64,000 bases of DNA from the NCBI GenBank assembly GCA_030066015.1, contig JASJCL010000014.1, forward strand, positions 6,674 through 70,673, written 5' to 3'. Both the position numbers and the translations under genes were made by a program. Source of the DNA: Desulfosarcinaceae bacterium. GTDB taxonomy: Bacteria > Desulfobacterota > Desulfobacteria > Desulfobacterales > Desulfosarcinaceae. The notes under the pieces are model-generated. The model saw only the letters and a program-made list of their open reading frames with translations. It was not told the origin of the DNA and searched no databases. Of this stretch, positions 19,969 through 29,730 are shown piece after piece; the stretch's first letter is position 1, and each line of letters opens with the position of its first letter.

Positions 19969-21750
19969 ATGTGGGATCTGCTCGAAACCAAGGTATTCCG
20001 GAAGAACATCACCAGAACCCTCTCTGCCATCTGGTTGCTGTGCGCTCTTCAGCTGGTCACCACCGCTGTGCTGCTTCTCCTGATGCACCGGGCCGGCCGC
20101 CTGGTCGATCCGGCAGGGCATGCGGCCGCCTCGGTCCTGCGCGGCGGAATGGGCATCGCGGCGGCGGCGGCGGCACTCGGCGTCATTCTCACCATCTTCC
20201 TCGTGCGCGGCCTGCGCCACCTGTGTACCAAGCCGCTGCTTGAGATCGATGCCGTCTTCGAACGGCTGGCCAGAGGGCACAACGACCTGTCGAAGGAGAT
20301 GGCCCAACTCCCTTACGCTGAGTTGGGTCACGTGGCGGACGGTTACAACGCCTTCATGCAGCGCATTCGCAGCATCATCGATCAGGTGCGGGTTCTGGGC
20401 ATCCGCATCGCCATTAACAGTACCCGCGTCCGCCAGGGGGTAACCGCCACCGGCGAGAAGACCGGAGAGCAGAAGGCGCTCACCGAGCTGGTGGCATCCA
20501 GCAGCAGCGACGCCGACTTGGCCATCGGTGAAGTGGCCGAAAACGCCCAATACGCTTCGGCGAACACAGGCCGCAACCTGGGAAAGGCCAAAGAGGCGTT
20601 CGGTGAACTGGGCGCGGTGACCCGCAAGATCGAGGAGATCAATCATACGGTCGCCGAATTTCGCGACACAGTGGCAGAGCTGAACCAGAACACAGCCGGC
20701 ATCATGGAGATCGTTGGACTGATCAAGAACATCTCCGAGCAGACCAACCTGCTCTCCCTCAATGCCACCATCGAGGCGGCGCGGGCCGGTGAACACGGTC
20801 AGGGGTTCGCCGTGGTGGCAGAAGAGGTACGCACCTTGGCCAAGCGGGTCAAGACCGCCACTGAAGATATCAGCGTCAACGTGGAGAAAATGGTGCTCAC
20901 CGTGGAGAAGACCATGACGGAGACCGAGGTGATCCAGGGGCACAGCAGCGAGGTGGGCGAGAGCGTCGGGCAGACGGCCGACCACTTCGAGGCCATGATC
21001 ACGGATTTCGAGGGCACCAACGACCAATTGCACAAGATCGCCGCCGCCATCGAGGAACTCTCTCTGAACAACAAGGCGGTCAACCAGAAGGTGGCCGACA
21101 TCAACCACCTCACCCAGGATATTTTCGGCTCCATGTCGGATGCAGAGACCATGGTGAGCGACTTGACCGCCATCACTGAGACATTGCAAGAGATGGTGGC
21201 GCAGTTCAAGACCGGCGAGGGGGTTGTTGACAAGGTCATCTCCGCCGCCCGCAGGCACCGGGATGAGATGCAGCGGAAGTTGATCGAAATACGCGATCAA
21301 GGGACCGATATCTTCGACCGCCACTACCAGCCAGTGGCCAATACCAATCCCCAAAAATATACAGCGACCTTCACCGATGCCGTTTGCAGGGCCTTTCAAG
21401 GGTACTGCGACGACATCCTCAGCCAGATTCCCGGGGCGATCTATGCCCTGCCCATCGACAACAAGGGGTATCTGGCCACCCACCACAGCAAGGTTTCCCA
21501 GCCCATGACGGGTGACTATGCAGTAGACCTTCTCAACAGCCGGCACATGCGCATCTACATGGCCAACGACACCGAAAAGCGCCGGGCCACCAGCACCGCA
21601 CCCATGCTGTTGCAAACCTACATGCGCGACACCGGCGAGGTGATCAATGATCTAAGCATGCCCATCATGATCGACGGCCGCCACTGGGGCGCCTTTATCC
21701 TCGGACTGAACCCCGACCGCTTCCTGAGCGAAGAGGCGCCGGTGGGGTAA
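19969..21750 (+). CDS. Methyl-accepting chemotaxis protein with C-terminal Cache-like domain
   Basis: N-terminal TM segments, HAMP-like region and the signalling hairpin [38 protein letters not shown]. An extra ~178-aa C-terminal domain (21214..21750) carries [10 protein letters not shown]...[24 protein letters not shown]. Confidence 0.85.
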   Translation: MWDLLETKVFRKNITRTLSAIWLLCALQLVTTAVLLLLMHRAGRLVDPAGHAAASVLRGGMGIAAAAAALGVILTIFLVRGLRHLCTKPLLEIDAVFERLARGHNDLSKEMAQLPYAELGHVADGYNAFMQRIRSIIDQVRVLGIRIAINSTRVRQGVTATGEKTGEQKALTELVASSSSDADLAIGEVAENAQYASANTGRNLGKAKEAFGELGAVTRKIEEINHTVAEFRDTVAELNQNTAGIMEIVGLIKNISEQTNLLSLNATIEAARAGEHGQGFAVVAEEVRTLAKRVKTATEDISVNVEKMVLTVEKTMTETEVIQGHSSEVGESVGQTADHFEAMITDFEGTNDQLHKIAAAIEELSLNNKAVNQKVADINHLTQDIFGSMSDAETMVSDLTAITETLQEMVAQFKTGEGVVDKVISAARRHRDEMQRKLIEIRDQGTDIFDRHYQPVANTNPQKYTATFTDAVCRAFQGYCDDILSQIPGAIYALPIDNKGYLATHHSKVSQPMTGDYAVDLLNSRHMRIYMANDTEKRRATSTAPMLLQTYMRDTGEVINDLSMPIMIDGRHWGAFILGLNPDRFLSEEAPVG

Positions 21751-21795
21751 AGGCCCAGGGGCGGCGGGGGCCACAGCGCTCGGTCGAGCAGGCCA

Positions 21796-24300
21796 CTAAA
21801 GCGTCCGCTTTTTTTGAATCTTGAGGATCACCAGGGTGATGTCGTCTTCCGGTCGGCGGCCTCTGGTGAAATCGGACAAGCGGTCGAAAATGGCGCTCAG
21901 AATCTCGCCGGCAGACCGCTGAGCGTGTTGCCGCAGAAGGGACTTGAAGCGCTCCCGTCCGAACATCTCGCCCGCTTCGTTGTAAGACTCCCAAATGCCA
22001 TCGGTGCCGATGGCGATGATCTGACCATCGGCGAGACCATCGTGACGACTGGGTTGGTAATCGAAGGCATCATTGATTCCCAGGGCGATACCCGGCCCTC
22101 TGAGCTCCACGAAACGATCGGTGTCCGGGTCGTAGAGGAGGGCTGGATCGTGACCGGCGCGGACCCACTCCATACCGTCCAGATCCGCGTCGATCGTGAG
22201 ATAGAAGAGGGTCATGAAGCGGCCGCTCTCGGCCACATCTTCGGCCAGGTGTCGATTTGCGGCGCGAATGATGTCGGAAATCGGTTCGGCCCGGTTGGCG
22301 TGCAGGCGCAGGAAGGCGCGCGCTGTGGACATGAGCAGGGCAGCGTCCACCCCGTGGCCGGTGATGTCGCCCACCGCCACCGAGAAGGGGGTACTGGTGC
22401 CGCCGCGCCGCCAGAAGAAGTCGTAGTAATCGCCGCCGACCTCGTCGCAGGAGATGTTGCGACCGGCCACGTCCAATCCCGGCACACGGGGGCTCTCCTG
22501 GGGCAGCAGGCTGCGCTGCACCTCGCCGGCCAAAGCCAGGGCTTTTTTCTGCTCCGTCATGTCGGAGATAAAGGCCATGTGGCCGATCACCGCCCCCCTG
22601 TCGTCGCGCAGGGTGTTGCCGTGCACCAGGATGGGAACCTCCCGTCCGTCGCGGGTGATGAGGGCGCCCTCGAATCTGCGGGAGTCGTTGGCCAGAAGGG
22701 TGTCCCGATTGGTATCCAGAAACTGACGAAATGCCGGCGTGGCGAGATCCAGGTTGGACTTGCCCAACAGCTCCGACCGTGGGTAACCCACCAGTTGACA
22801 GTAGGCGTCATTGGTGTCGATCAGGGTGAGGTCCTCATCCATGAGAATGAAGCCCTCGCCGGTGGTCGTCACGATCCGCCGGAACTTCTCCTCGCTCTTG
22901 CGCAGAGCGATCTCCTTCTCCTGAATGCTTCTGCGCGCCGATTCGATCTCGGCCCGAATCCGCTGGTGCATGCGGGAGGAAAAATCCCGCATCGACTCCA
23001 AACGCCGCCGATAGACCTCAGAGCGCAGCAGCCGGCGTTTCAGAAAAGCCGTCTCGTCCGAAGGGCTGAGCGTCGCCGGCGATACGGCAGGCGCCCCCTC
23101 GCCCCCATCGCTGTCCAGGGGCCACGCTTTCGCCTTGGGTCCCACCAACAGAATGATCAATGTCGCCCCATGGGCCAAGGTCCTGCCACCGCGCACCAAG
23201 GGGGCGATCTCACCGAAGCTGAAGAAACCGCTGATGGGCAGATTCGGGGCAAAATTGTCTTTGAGGATCGCCAGCTCCCGTTCGGCCTCGGTTCCCAGCA
23301 CCTCCTTTCGGAAGGCGCAGGAGAAGGCCAGCGCAAAGGCCGGTTCCCATGCCTGGACCGTCCCCAGGAGACGCTCACTGGTCTCCTGGGTATCGCGGAT
23401 CAGATCGTCCCTTACCGCCTCGGTCAACTGCACTTCGGTCCCCTCAGGGATGGGATCGGAGAAGGTGATGCTGCCGTCCGGATTGTAGGAGATGGGCGCC
23501 CGCATGTAGGCCTCTTTGCGACCCGCTTCGTAGACGCTGACGATGAAGGCGCGCGCCGGCTCGGTGTGATGCCCCAGATAGTGACGGTAGAAATCGACAG
23601 CCGTGAAGTCGCCGATGCGCTGTACCTGGCGCCCCTGGGCGCGCTGCACCCGTGCGCGATTGCCCACGGGTCGCCAGCTGTTGGCAATGGCGAAGGTGAA
23701 CTCGACCGGCCCGGCAATGAGAAGGATGGGAACGGCGTCGGTGAGGACTTCCCGGCCATGGAACTGGTAGATTTCGATCTTGTCGGTCCAATGGGTAGCG
23801 GAGGCGCCGCCGACAATGGTGCACTGTGATCCCAGTGCCTCGCCCAAGGCCGCCAGGGCCGGCTGGGCGCGCACATCGTAGCCCTCGGGAAGGGTCAGGC
23901 AGAGAACTGGTCGCTGGCCGAGGCCGTCACGGGCCATTTCAGCCGCCTGCCGGGCGGCCGCGTCCGGGTGGGCGGTCAGCCCCTGTCCGACGCCGCTGGA
24001 GATCTCAATCCCATCGGCGGATTCATCTTCCAGGGCCAGCGCCATCAAGGTGATGGCGTCATCGCTGAACCCGGCGGCAGATGAATAGGACCCGGCGGTG
24101 GTACACCCCACCAACCGCATGCCGGGAAAGGCCTCGGTGATCAGGTTCAACATCAGTTGGTGGTCGAAGTGAATGCTGGCGTAGACAATGCCGGCCTGGG
24201 GTACGGCCCCTTGAAGTTGATGACGGCAGGCGGCGATGACCTGGGTGACCACCGCCAGGGTATCGATCCCTTCGGCCTGTCCGAGTGCGGTTCGAAACAT
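21796..24300 (-). CDS. FIST-N/FIST-C - PAS - PP2C (SpoIIE-type) serine phosphatase
   Basis: N-terminal FIST architecture, central PAS (ITTTGEGFILMDEDLTLIDTNDAY...) and C-terminal PP2C motifs (GGDYYDF, VGDITGHGV, TDGIWE). Confidence 0.8.
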   Translation of the reverse strand: MFRTALGQAEGIDTLAVVTQVIAACRHQLQGAVPQAGIVYASIHFDHQLMLNLITEAFPGMRLVGCTTAGSYSSAAGFSDDAITLMALALEDESADGIEISSGVGQGLTAHPDAAARQAAEMARDGLGQRPVLCLTLPEGYDVRAQPALAALGEALGSQCTIVGGASATHWTDKIEIYQFHGREVLTDAVPILLIAGPVEFTFAIANSWRPVGNRARVQRAQGRQVQRIGDFTAVDFYRHYLGHHTEPARAFIVSVYEAGRKEAYMRAPISYNPDGSITFSDPIPEGTEVQLTEAVRDDLIRDTQETSERLLGTVQAWEPAFALAFSCAFRKEVLGTEAERELAILKDNFAPNLPISGFFSFGEIAPLVRGGRTLAHGATLIILLVGPKAKAWPLDSDGGEGAPAVSPATLSPSDETAFLKRRLLRSEVYRRRLESMRDFSSRMHQRIRAEIESARRSIQEKEIALRKSEEKFRRIVTTTGEGFILMDEDLTLIDTNDAYCQLVGYPRSELLGKSNLDLATPAFRQFLDTNRDTLLANDSRRFEGALITRDGREVPILVHGNTLRDDRGAVIGHMAFISDMTEQKKALALAGEVQRSLLPQESPRVPGLDVAGRNISCDEVGGDYYDFFWRRGGTSTPFSVAVGDITGHGVDAALLMSTARAFLRLHANRAEPISDIIRAANRHLAEDVAESGRFMTLFYLTIDADLDGMEWVRAGHDPALLYDPDTDRFVELRGPGIALGINDAFDYQPSRHDGLADGQIIAIGTDGIWESYNEAGEMFGRERFKSLLRQHAQRSAGEILSAIFDRLSDFTRGRRPEDDITLVILKIQKKRTL

Positions 24301-24575
24301 GGGTGGGCCCTCTCTGGCGTCGACCGGGTTCCGCTGGAATTACCAACCAATGGCGCGGCGGATCGCGGTAAGTTTCGATCAATACATAGATGGTAACCGG
24401 CTTCTGGCAAAGATCAAGGCGCGAACATGCGGGACGCAGCGTCCGGCCCGGGGGGCCGGACCGCCAATCTCCCATCGAGAACGCACCTTCAGCGCGTAAG
24501 AAGGCATTGATGTATTCCACATCCCCGGTGTAGACTGTTCTAAATGGCCCATCGGCTCTGAAGCGGGGATCGCTG

Positions 24576-26495
24576 ATGCCAGACGATTTCACATTTGAAA
24601 CCAGCAGTGACGCCCAATTCGATATCAACGGAGACCTCGCGATCGAGGCCCTCATCGATGTAGACCGCTTGCAGGAGCTGTTCAACGCCTTCCACGCCGC
24701 AACGGGTCTCGCCGCCTCCATCATCTCCCTCGACGGACAGATTCTCGTTGGTGCCGGGTGGCGGAGAATCTGTACCGATTTCCACCGCAAGTCTCCAGCC
24801 GCAGCCCAGTTGTGCACCGAAAATGACACCCGCATGCATGCAGAGCTGCTGCGGGGCCGTCGAGAGGCGATCTATAAGTGCCCCCATGGGTTGATGGACG
24901 CCGCGGTGCCCATCCTGATCAGCGATCGCCACATGGCCAACCTGTTCTCAGGGCAATTTCTGCTGACCCCCCCCAACAGCGACACCCTCACCGAATTCAA
25001 ACAGCGCGCGGCCACCTTCGGCTTCGATGAAGCCGCCTATCTGGACGCCCTCCACCAGACACCGGTGGTTCCCGAGAGACAGGTGACCCACATCCTCCAA
25101 TACCTGAAACGTCTGGCGGAGATGATCGGTGAGTTGGGCTTGAACCAACTGCGTCTCAAAGCGCGTGAACGCGCCCTGGTGGACGCCCACGCCGACCTGA
25201 AAAACGCGGTACGCAAACAGGCGCAGGAGACCCGCTGGCTGGGTCAGACCATCGAGGGCAACCCCATCCCCACCTTCGTCATCAATGCCCAGTGCAAAGT
25301 GACCCATTGGAACCATGCCTGCGAGCTGCTGACCGGCATTGCCGCCGCAGACATCATCGGCACGGACCACCATCGAGAAGCCTTCTATTCCCAACGCCGG
25401 CGCATAATGGCCGACCTCATCGTCGAGAACGCCAGTGTTCACCAAGTGGCCATGCTCTATGGAAAGAAATTTCGCGGTTCGCACCAGGTGGAAGACGGTT
25501 ATGAGGGCGAGGACTTTTTTCCCAAGCTCGGTAAATACGGGCGGTGGCTCTTCTTCACGGCGGCACCCATCAAGGACGCCGACGGCCGCATCATCGGCGC
25601 CATCGAAACGATCCAGGACATCACCGCCCGCCGCATCGCCGAGCAGGAGCTGCGTGCCAGCGAAGCACGCTATCATCAGCTCTTCGAAACCGCCAACGAC
25701 GCCATCCTGATCATGAAAAACGGCGTCATCCTGGAATGCAATCAACAAGCCCTCAACCTCACCGGGGTCTCCCGAAGACAATTGATCGGCCGAACCCCCC
25801 TGGATTTCTCCCCCGAGATCCAGCCGAACGGCGTCTCCTCCAAAGAGACGTTGATGGAAAAAACCGCCGGCGTCTATCAGGATCTCCCCCAGGTGTTCGA
25901 ATGGCGGATGCGCTCGGCAGACGGCCACGATGTGGACGTGGAGGTCGGGGTGACGCGCTTCATGATTGGCGGGGATCCCCACGGGCTGGCCATCATCCGG
26001 GATGTGACGGAACGCAAGCAGATGGTGCGCGAACTGGAGGAGCGGGAGCGGGAGCTGCAGGAGAAGACCCGTTATCTGGAGAAGGTCAATCAGGCCCTCA
26101 AAGCCTCACTGGACCACCGGGAGATCGAGAAACGCTCCGTGGAGGAGCATCTGCTGATAAACCTGAAGCGTCTTGTCCACCCCTACCTGGAGGAGCTGCA
26201 GCAGTGCCGCCTGGATGCCGACGCCGAGGCCTACGTCAACATCATCACCACCCATCTGGGCGACCTCACTGCCCAGGCCTCCAAAACCCTCTCCGCCAAA
26301 TACATGGATTTAACCCCCACTGAGATCCGAGTGGCCGACCTTATCCGCTCGGGAAAAAACACCAAAGAGATCGCCAACCTTATGGGGCTCTCTCCCAGCT
26401 CTATCCAGTGGCACCGAAAAAACCTCCGCCAAAAGCTGGGGCTCACCAACAGGAAGATCAATCTGAACACCTTTCTAACCTCCATTTCCGACTGA
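24576..26495 (+). CDS. PocR - PAS - PAS - LuxR-type HTH transcriptional regulator
   Basis: N-terminal PocR-like sensory region (FHAATGLAASIISLDG...CTDFH...YKCPHGLMDAAVPI), two PAS domains, and a C-terminal LuxR HTH (LTPTEIRVADLIRSGKNTKEIANLMGLSPSSIQWHRKNLRQKLGL). Confidence 0.8.
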   Translation: MPDDFTFETSSDAQFDINGDLAIEALIDVDRLQELFNAFHAATGLAASIISLDGQILVGAGWRRICTDFHRKSPAAAQLCTENDTRMHAELLRGRREAIYKCPHGLMDAAVPILISDRHMANLFSGQFLLTPPNSDTLTEFKQRAATFGFDEAAYLDALHQTPVVPERQVTHILQYLKRLAEMIGELGLNQLRLKARERALVDAHADLKNAVRKQAQETRWLGQTIEGNPIPTFVINAQCKVTHWNHACELLTGIAAADIIGTDHHREAFYSQRRRIMADLIVENASVHQVAMLYGKKFRGSHQVEDGYEGEDFFPKLGKYGRWLFFTAAPIKDADGRIIGAIETIQDITARRIAEQELRASEARYHQLFETANDAILIMKNGVILECNQQALNLTGVSRRQLIGRTPLDFSPEIQPNGVSSKETLMEKTAGVYQDLPQVFEWRMRSADGHDVDVEVGVTRFMIGGDPHGLAIIRDVTERKQMVRELEERERELQEKTRYLEKVNQALKASLDHREIEKRSVEEHLLINLKRLVHPYLEELQQCRLDADAEAYVNIITTHLGDLTAQASKTLSAKYMDLTPTEIRVADLIRSGKNTKEIANLMGLSPSSIQWHRKNLRQKLGLTNRKINLNTFLTSISD

Positions 26496-26690
26496 TAAAT
26501 TTCCAGCTGCCATAAAATGCGGGTGGTTTTACCCCCCACTATGCCCCACATTGTCCCGCGTCAAGCTTTCACCCACGCTGACGATAGGGACAATAGTAAA
26601 AGCTCCCAGGGGCGGTGCCGCTCCCTGTAAAGCAGGCAGAAAATTTAGGGATGCCGTCGGTGCGTCGGCATCCAAATTTTAGGAGGCACA

Positions 26691-28412
26691 ATGCTGAAGC
26701 GTTTAACGGTCAAAGGCAGGATGAACATCATCAACCTCGCCATCCTGGCCCTCTTTCTCACCCTGGTGCTCTTTTCGATCTGGAACAGCAACGCGATCAA
26801 ATCGCTGGGGATCGATAGGACCGGCGAGGTGATGCTGGCGGATCAGAAAGCCCGTATCCAACTGGCGGTCCAGTCGGCGGCCCTGATGGCCGAAGCGGCC
26901 CTCGAAGGCGTCACCGAGGAGGCCGCGATCAAGGACACCCTGCGGCGTCTGGTGGACCAGGTGATCTACGAGGCGGACCGGTCGGGATACTACTTCATCT
27001 ACGAGAACACGACGGCCGTGGCCTTCCCAGTTAAGAAAGACAAGGTGGGTGCGGATCTGGGCAACGTGACCGATAAAAACGGAGTGAAGGTCATTCAGGC
27101 GTTGCGGGACAAGGCCAAAGGCGGCGGCGGCTTTGTCGAATATATCTGGCCCAAACCGGGCGCCGGCGACCAGCCCAAAATCTCCTATGCTCAGATGATT
27201 CCCGGTACCCAGATGTGGATCGGCACCGGCGTCTATCTGGACAATATCACAGCGTATCAGGATCAGATGGCCGCCGAGATCGGCGCCAGTGTCGCCAAGC
27301 GCACCACGACCATGGTGATCATCGCCGGTCTGATCTTCACGGCCATCATCGCCCTGTGTATGGTCATCGCCCGGGGGCTGGTGCAGGCCCTCAGGGAGAT
27401 GATCGCCAGCTTCCAGGATATTGCCGAGGGCGAGGGGGATCTGACCAAGCGTATCGAGATCAACTCCAAGGATGAGATCGCCGAACTGGCCGGCTGGTTC
27501 AACACCTTCCTGCAGAAATTGCAGGGCATCATCCAGCAGATCACCGGCGGGGTCGACACCCTCTCCTCCTCCTCCACCGAACTCTCCGCCATCGCCGAAC
27601 AGATGCAGCAGGGGATTCGGAACGCTTCGGATAGATCCACCACCGTATCCGCGGCCACCGAAGAGATGAGTGCCAACATGACCAACGTGGCCGCCGCCAT
27701 GGAGCAATCCGCCACCAATACCAACATGGTGGCGACGGCAGCCGAGGAGATGTCGGCCACCATCGGCGAGATCGCCCAAAACGCCGAGAAAGCGCGCAGC
27801 ATCTCGGACACGGCGAGCCGGAAATCCGCCGGCGCATCCACCAACATGGATCAGTTGGGGTCGGCGGCGCTCGCCATCGGCAAGGTGGTCGAAACCATCA
27901 CCGATATCTCCGAGCAGGTCAATCTGCTGGCCCTCAACGCCACCATTGAAGCGGCCCGGGCCGGCGAGGCGGGCAAGGGCTTCGCCGTGGTGGCCAACGA
28001 GATCAAGGAGTTGGCCAAGCAGACCGCCGATGCCAGCCAGGACATCAAGGAGAAGATCGGCGCGATCCAGGACACCACCACCACTACCGTCGACCAGATC
28101 GCCGAGATCACGCAGGTGATCACCGAGGTCAACGAGGTGGTGGCCACCATCGCCACCGCCGTCGAGCAGCAGTCGGCGGCCACACGGGAGATCGCCGACA
28201 ACGTGGCCCAGGCATCCCAGGGGATTCAGGAGGTCAACGAAAACGTCAACCAGAGTTCATCGGTCTCCACCGAGATCTCCAGCGACATCGCCGGCGTCAG
28301 CACCACGCTGGACGAGATGTCCACGGGCAGCGAGCAGGTTAACGTCAGCTCCACTGAGTTGTCGGAACTATCGGAGCAGCTCAAGCAGATGGTGGATCAG
28401 TTCAAGGTCTGA
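26691..28412 (+). CDS. Methyl-accepting chemotaxis protein with periplasmic single-Cache-like sensor
   Basis: TM1, Cache-like region ([15 protein letters not shown]...[13 protein letters not shown]), TM2, HAMP, and signalling hairpin [37 protein letters not shown]. Confidence 0.9.
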   Translation: MLKRLTVKGRMNIINLAILALFLTLVLFSIWNSNAIKSLGIDRTGEVMLADQKARIQLAVQSAALMAEAALEGVTEEAAIKDTLRRLVDQVIYEADRSGYYFIYENTTAVAFPVKKDKVGADLGNVTDKNGVKVIQALRDKAKGGGGFVEYIWPKPGAGDQPKISYAQMIPGTQMWIGTGVYLDNITAYQDQMAAEIGASVAKRTTTMVIIAGLIFTAIIALCMVIARGLVQALREMIASFQDIAEGEGDLTKRIEINSKDEIAELAGWFNTFLQKLQGIIQQITGGVDTLSSSSTELSAIAEQMQQGIRNASDRSTTVSAATEEMSANMTNVAAAMEQSATNTNMVATAAEEMSATIGEIAQNAEKARSISDTASRKSAGASTNMDQLGSAALAIGKVVETITDISEQVNLLALNATIEAARAGEAGKGFAVVANEIKELAKQTADASQDIKEKIGAIQDTTTTTVDQIAEITQVITEVNEVVATIATAVEQQSAATREIADNVAQASQGIQEVNENVNQSSSVSTEISSDIAGVSTTLDEMSTGSEQVNVSSTELSELSEQLKQMVDQFKV

Positions 28413-28633
28413 TCCAGCGGCAAAGGCCAGCCTTGACCCGCACAGGGCGACGCTGGAAAACACCTGGTCCACCGGAGGGCGCCGGCAGCCCCACCAAGAC
28501 GGCGCCATCGGTAAACCAGTTACAGATAGGATCCATCCTCACTTCGATCGACACCGAACGCGAACAGGGACTTAAACGGCACCGCTAGAGACGGCGCTTC
28601 GATTTCGGCACAACCGCAAGTTCTGGATCCACG

Positions 28634-28667
28634 GCCACCCGGGACTTCCCCCCCGGGTGGCTTTTTT
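28634..28667 (+). terminator. Rho-independent terminator
   Basis: GCCACCCGGG - 8-nt loop - CCCGGGTGGC followed by TTTTTT. Lies 222 nt after the MCP stop codon. Confidence 0.6.
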
Positions 28668-28763
28668 CATCGAACGGCCGCTAAACCAGGACCATCCCAG
28701 CCATCCCGGCGCCCTCCCATCCCGCAGGACCGCTGCCCCTATGGATGAAGATCCACCTCCCTA

Positions 28764-28794
28764 TTGACAAGACCCGCCTCCCAACGGCAAAATA
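28764..28794 (+). promoter_or_regulatory. Candidate sigma70 promoter upstream of the DUF882 gene
   Basis: TTGACA at 28764-28769, ~18-nt spacer, CAAAAT/AAAATA -10-like element. Confidence 0.3.
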
Positions 28795-28957
28795 GTGGAC
28801 CAAAGATCACCCGCCGATCTCAACTGTGCACGGCGATACCGAACTCCCCATACGCGCGACCCAAGGCCTGTACCGGAATCTGATGCGTGGTGACCCTTTT
28901 CGTGTTGGCAGTTTCTGAACTGAACCGCACCGCCTGACTGAGACCATCTGGACGGCC

Positions 28958-29539
28958 ATGCTCCCCCGCTCCCGCCCGACAACAGATCCATGTCTTGACC
29001 GCCGCCGGTTTCTCACCGTGGCGGCAGCGCTCCCGGCCCTCCTATTGTCGCCCAGGCTGGCGTTGGCCTACCCAATCCCCCGTCTCCCCGAGAAGCGCTT
29101 GGCCTTGTTCAATCCCAAGGCGGAGGAGCTCTTGGAGACCACCTTTTGGGTCGATGGCGCCTACCGACCTTCCGCCCTCACCAAGATCAACCATCTTATG
29201 CGCGACCTGCGCTCCGGGAAGAGTCGATCGATGGATACCCGCTTGATCGAGCTGCTGTGGGCCATCCAGGAGCGGCTGCGGCTCAGCGAGCCCATTCACA
29301 TCATATCGGGATTCAGGTCTCGCGAAACCAATGAGCACCTCCGCAAACAGGGATGGGCAGCCGCCAAAAACAGCTTCCACATTCACGGCAAGGCCGTCGA
29401 TATCCGCCTCGGGGGGGGCGCCACCGCCAAGCTCCGCAAAGCCGCCTACCAATTAAAGCAGGGCGGCATCGGCTACTATCCCCGCCTCAACTTCGTCCAC
29501 TTGGATATGGGACCGGTTCGTTACTGGCGCAAAGAGTGA
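28958..29539 (+). CDS. DUF882 / peptidase M15A family (YcbK/MepK-like) murein endopeptidase, Tat-exported
   Basis: Twin-arginine signal (DRRRFLTVAAA), then SFHIHGKAVDI (HxxGxAxD) and GGIGYYPRLNFVHLDMGPVRYW motifs. Confidence 0.75.
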   Translation: MLPRSRPTTDPCLDRRRFLTVAAALPALLLSPRLALAYPIPRLPEKRLALFNPKAEELLETTFWVDGAYRPSALTKINHLMRDLRSGKSRSMDTRLIELLWAIQERLRLSEPIHIISGFRSRETNEHLRKQGWAAAKNSFHIHGKAVDIRLGGGATAKLRKAAYQLKQGGIGYYPRLNFVHLDMGPVRYWRKE

Positions 29540-29648
29540 CACCACGCAGCGCCCAGGCAGGTGACTGCGCCCAAACCGCGCTTCCCCCCAAATCCCCTTT
29601 GACCATCTTTCGCATCGGGCATCATGCCGGCGCGACGGCAGCGTTCAT

Positions 29649-29681
29649 AAAAAACCGCCCACACCCATGCGGTGCAGGCGG
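29649..29681 (-). terminator. Rho-independent terminator of xsc
   Basis: Minus strand reads CCGCCTGCAC - loop - GTGTGGGCGG (10 bp including 2 G-U pairs) followed by TTTTTTAT. Confidence 0.6.
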
Positions 29682-29730
29682 CGTTGGAATCGGGCGGTGA
29701 GGGGTCAAGCCGCTAATTGGCCGGCGTCGA

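Noticed and set aside
19045-21615. 856-aa ORF on the minus strand
   Set aside because: Antisense shadow of the MCP gene in G+C-rich DNA. The translation is low-complexity (G/R/H/V/L-rich) with no motif, while the plus frame has unmistakable MCP signatures.
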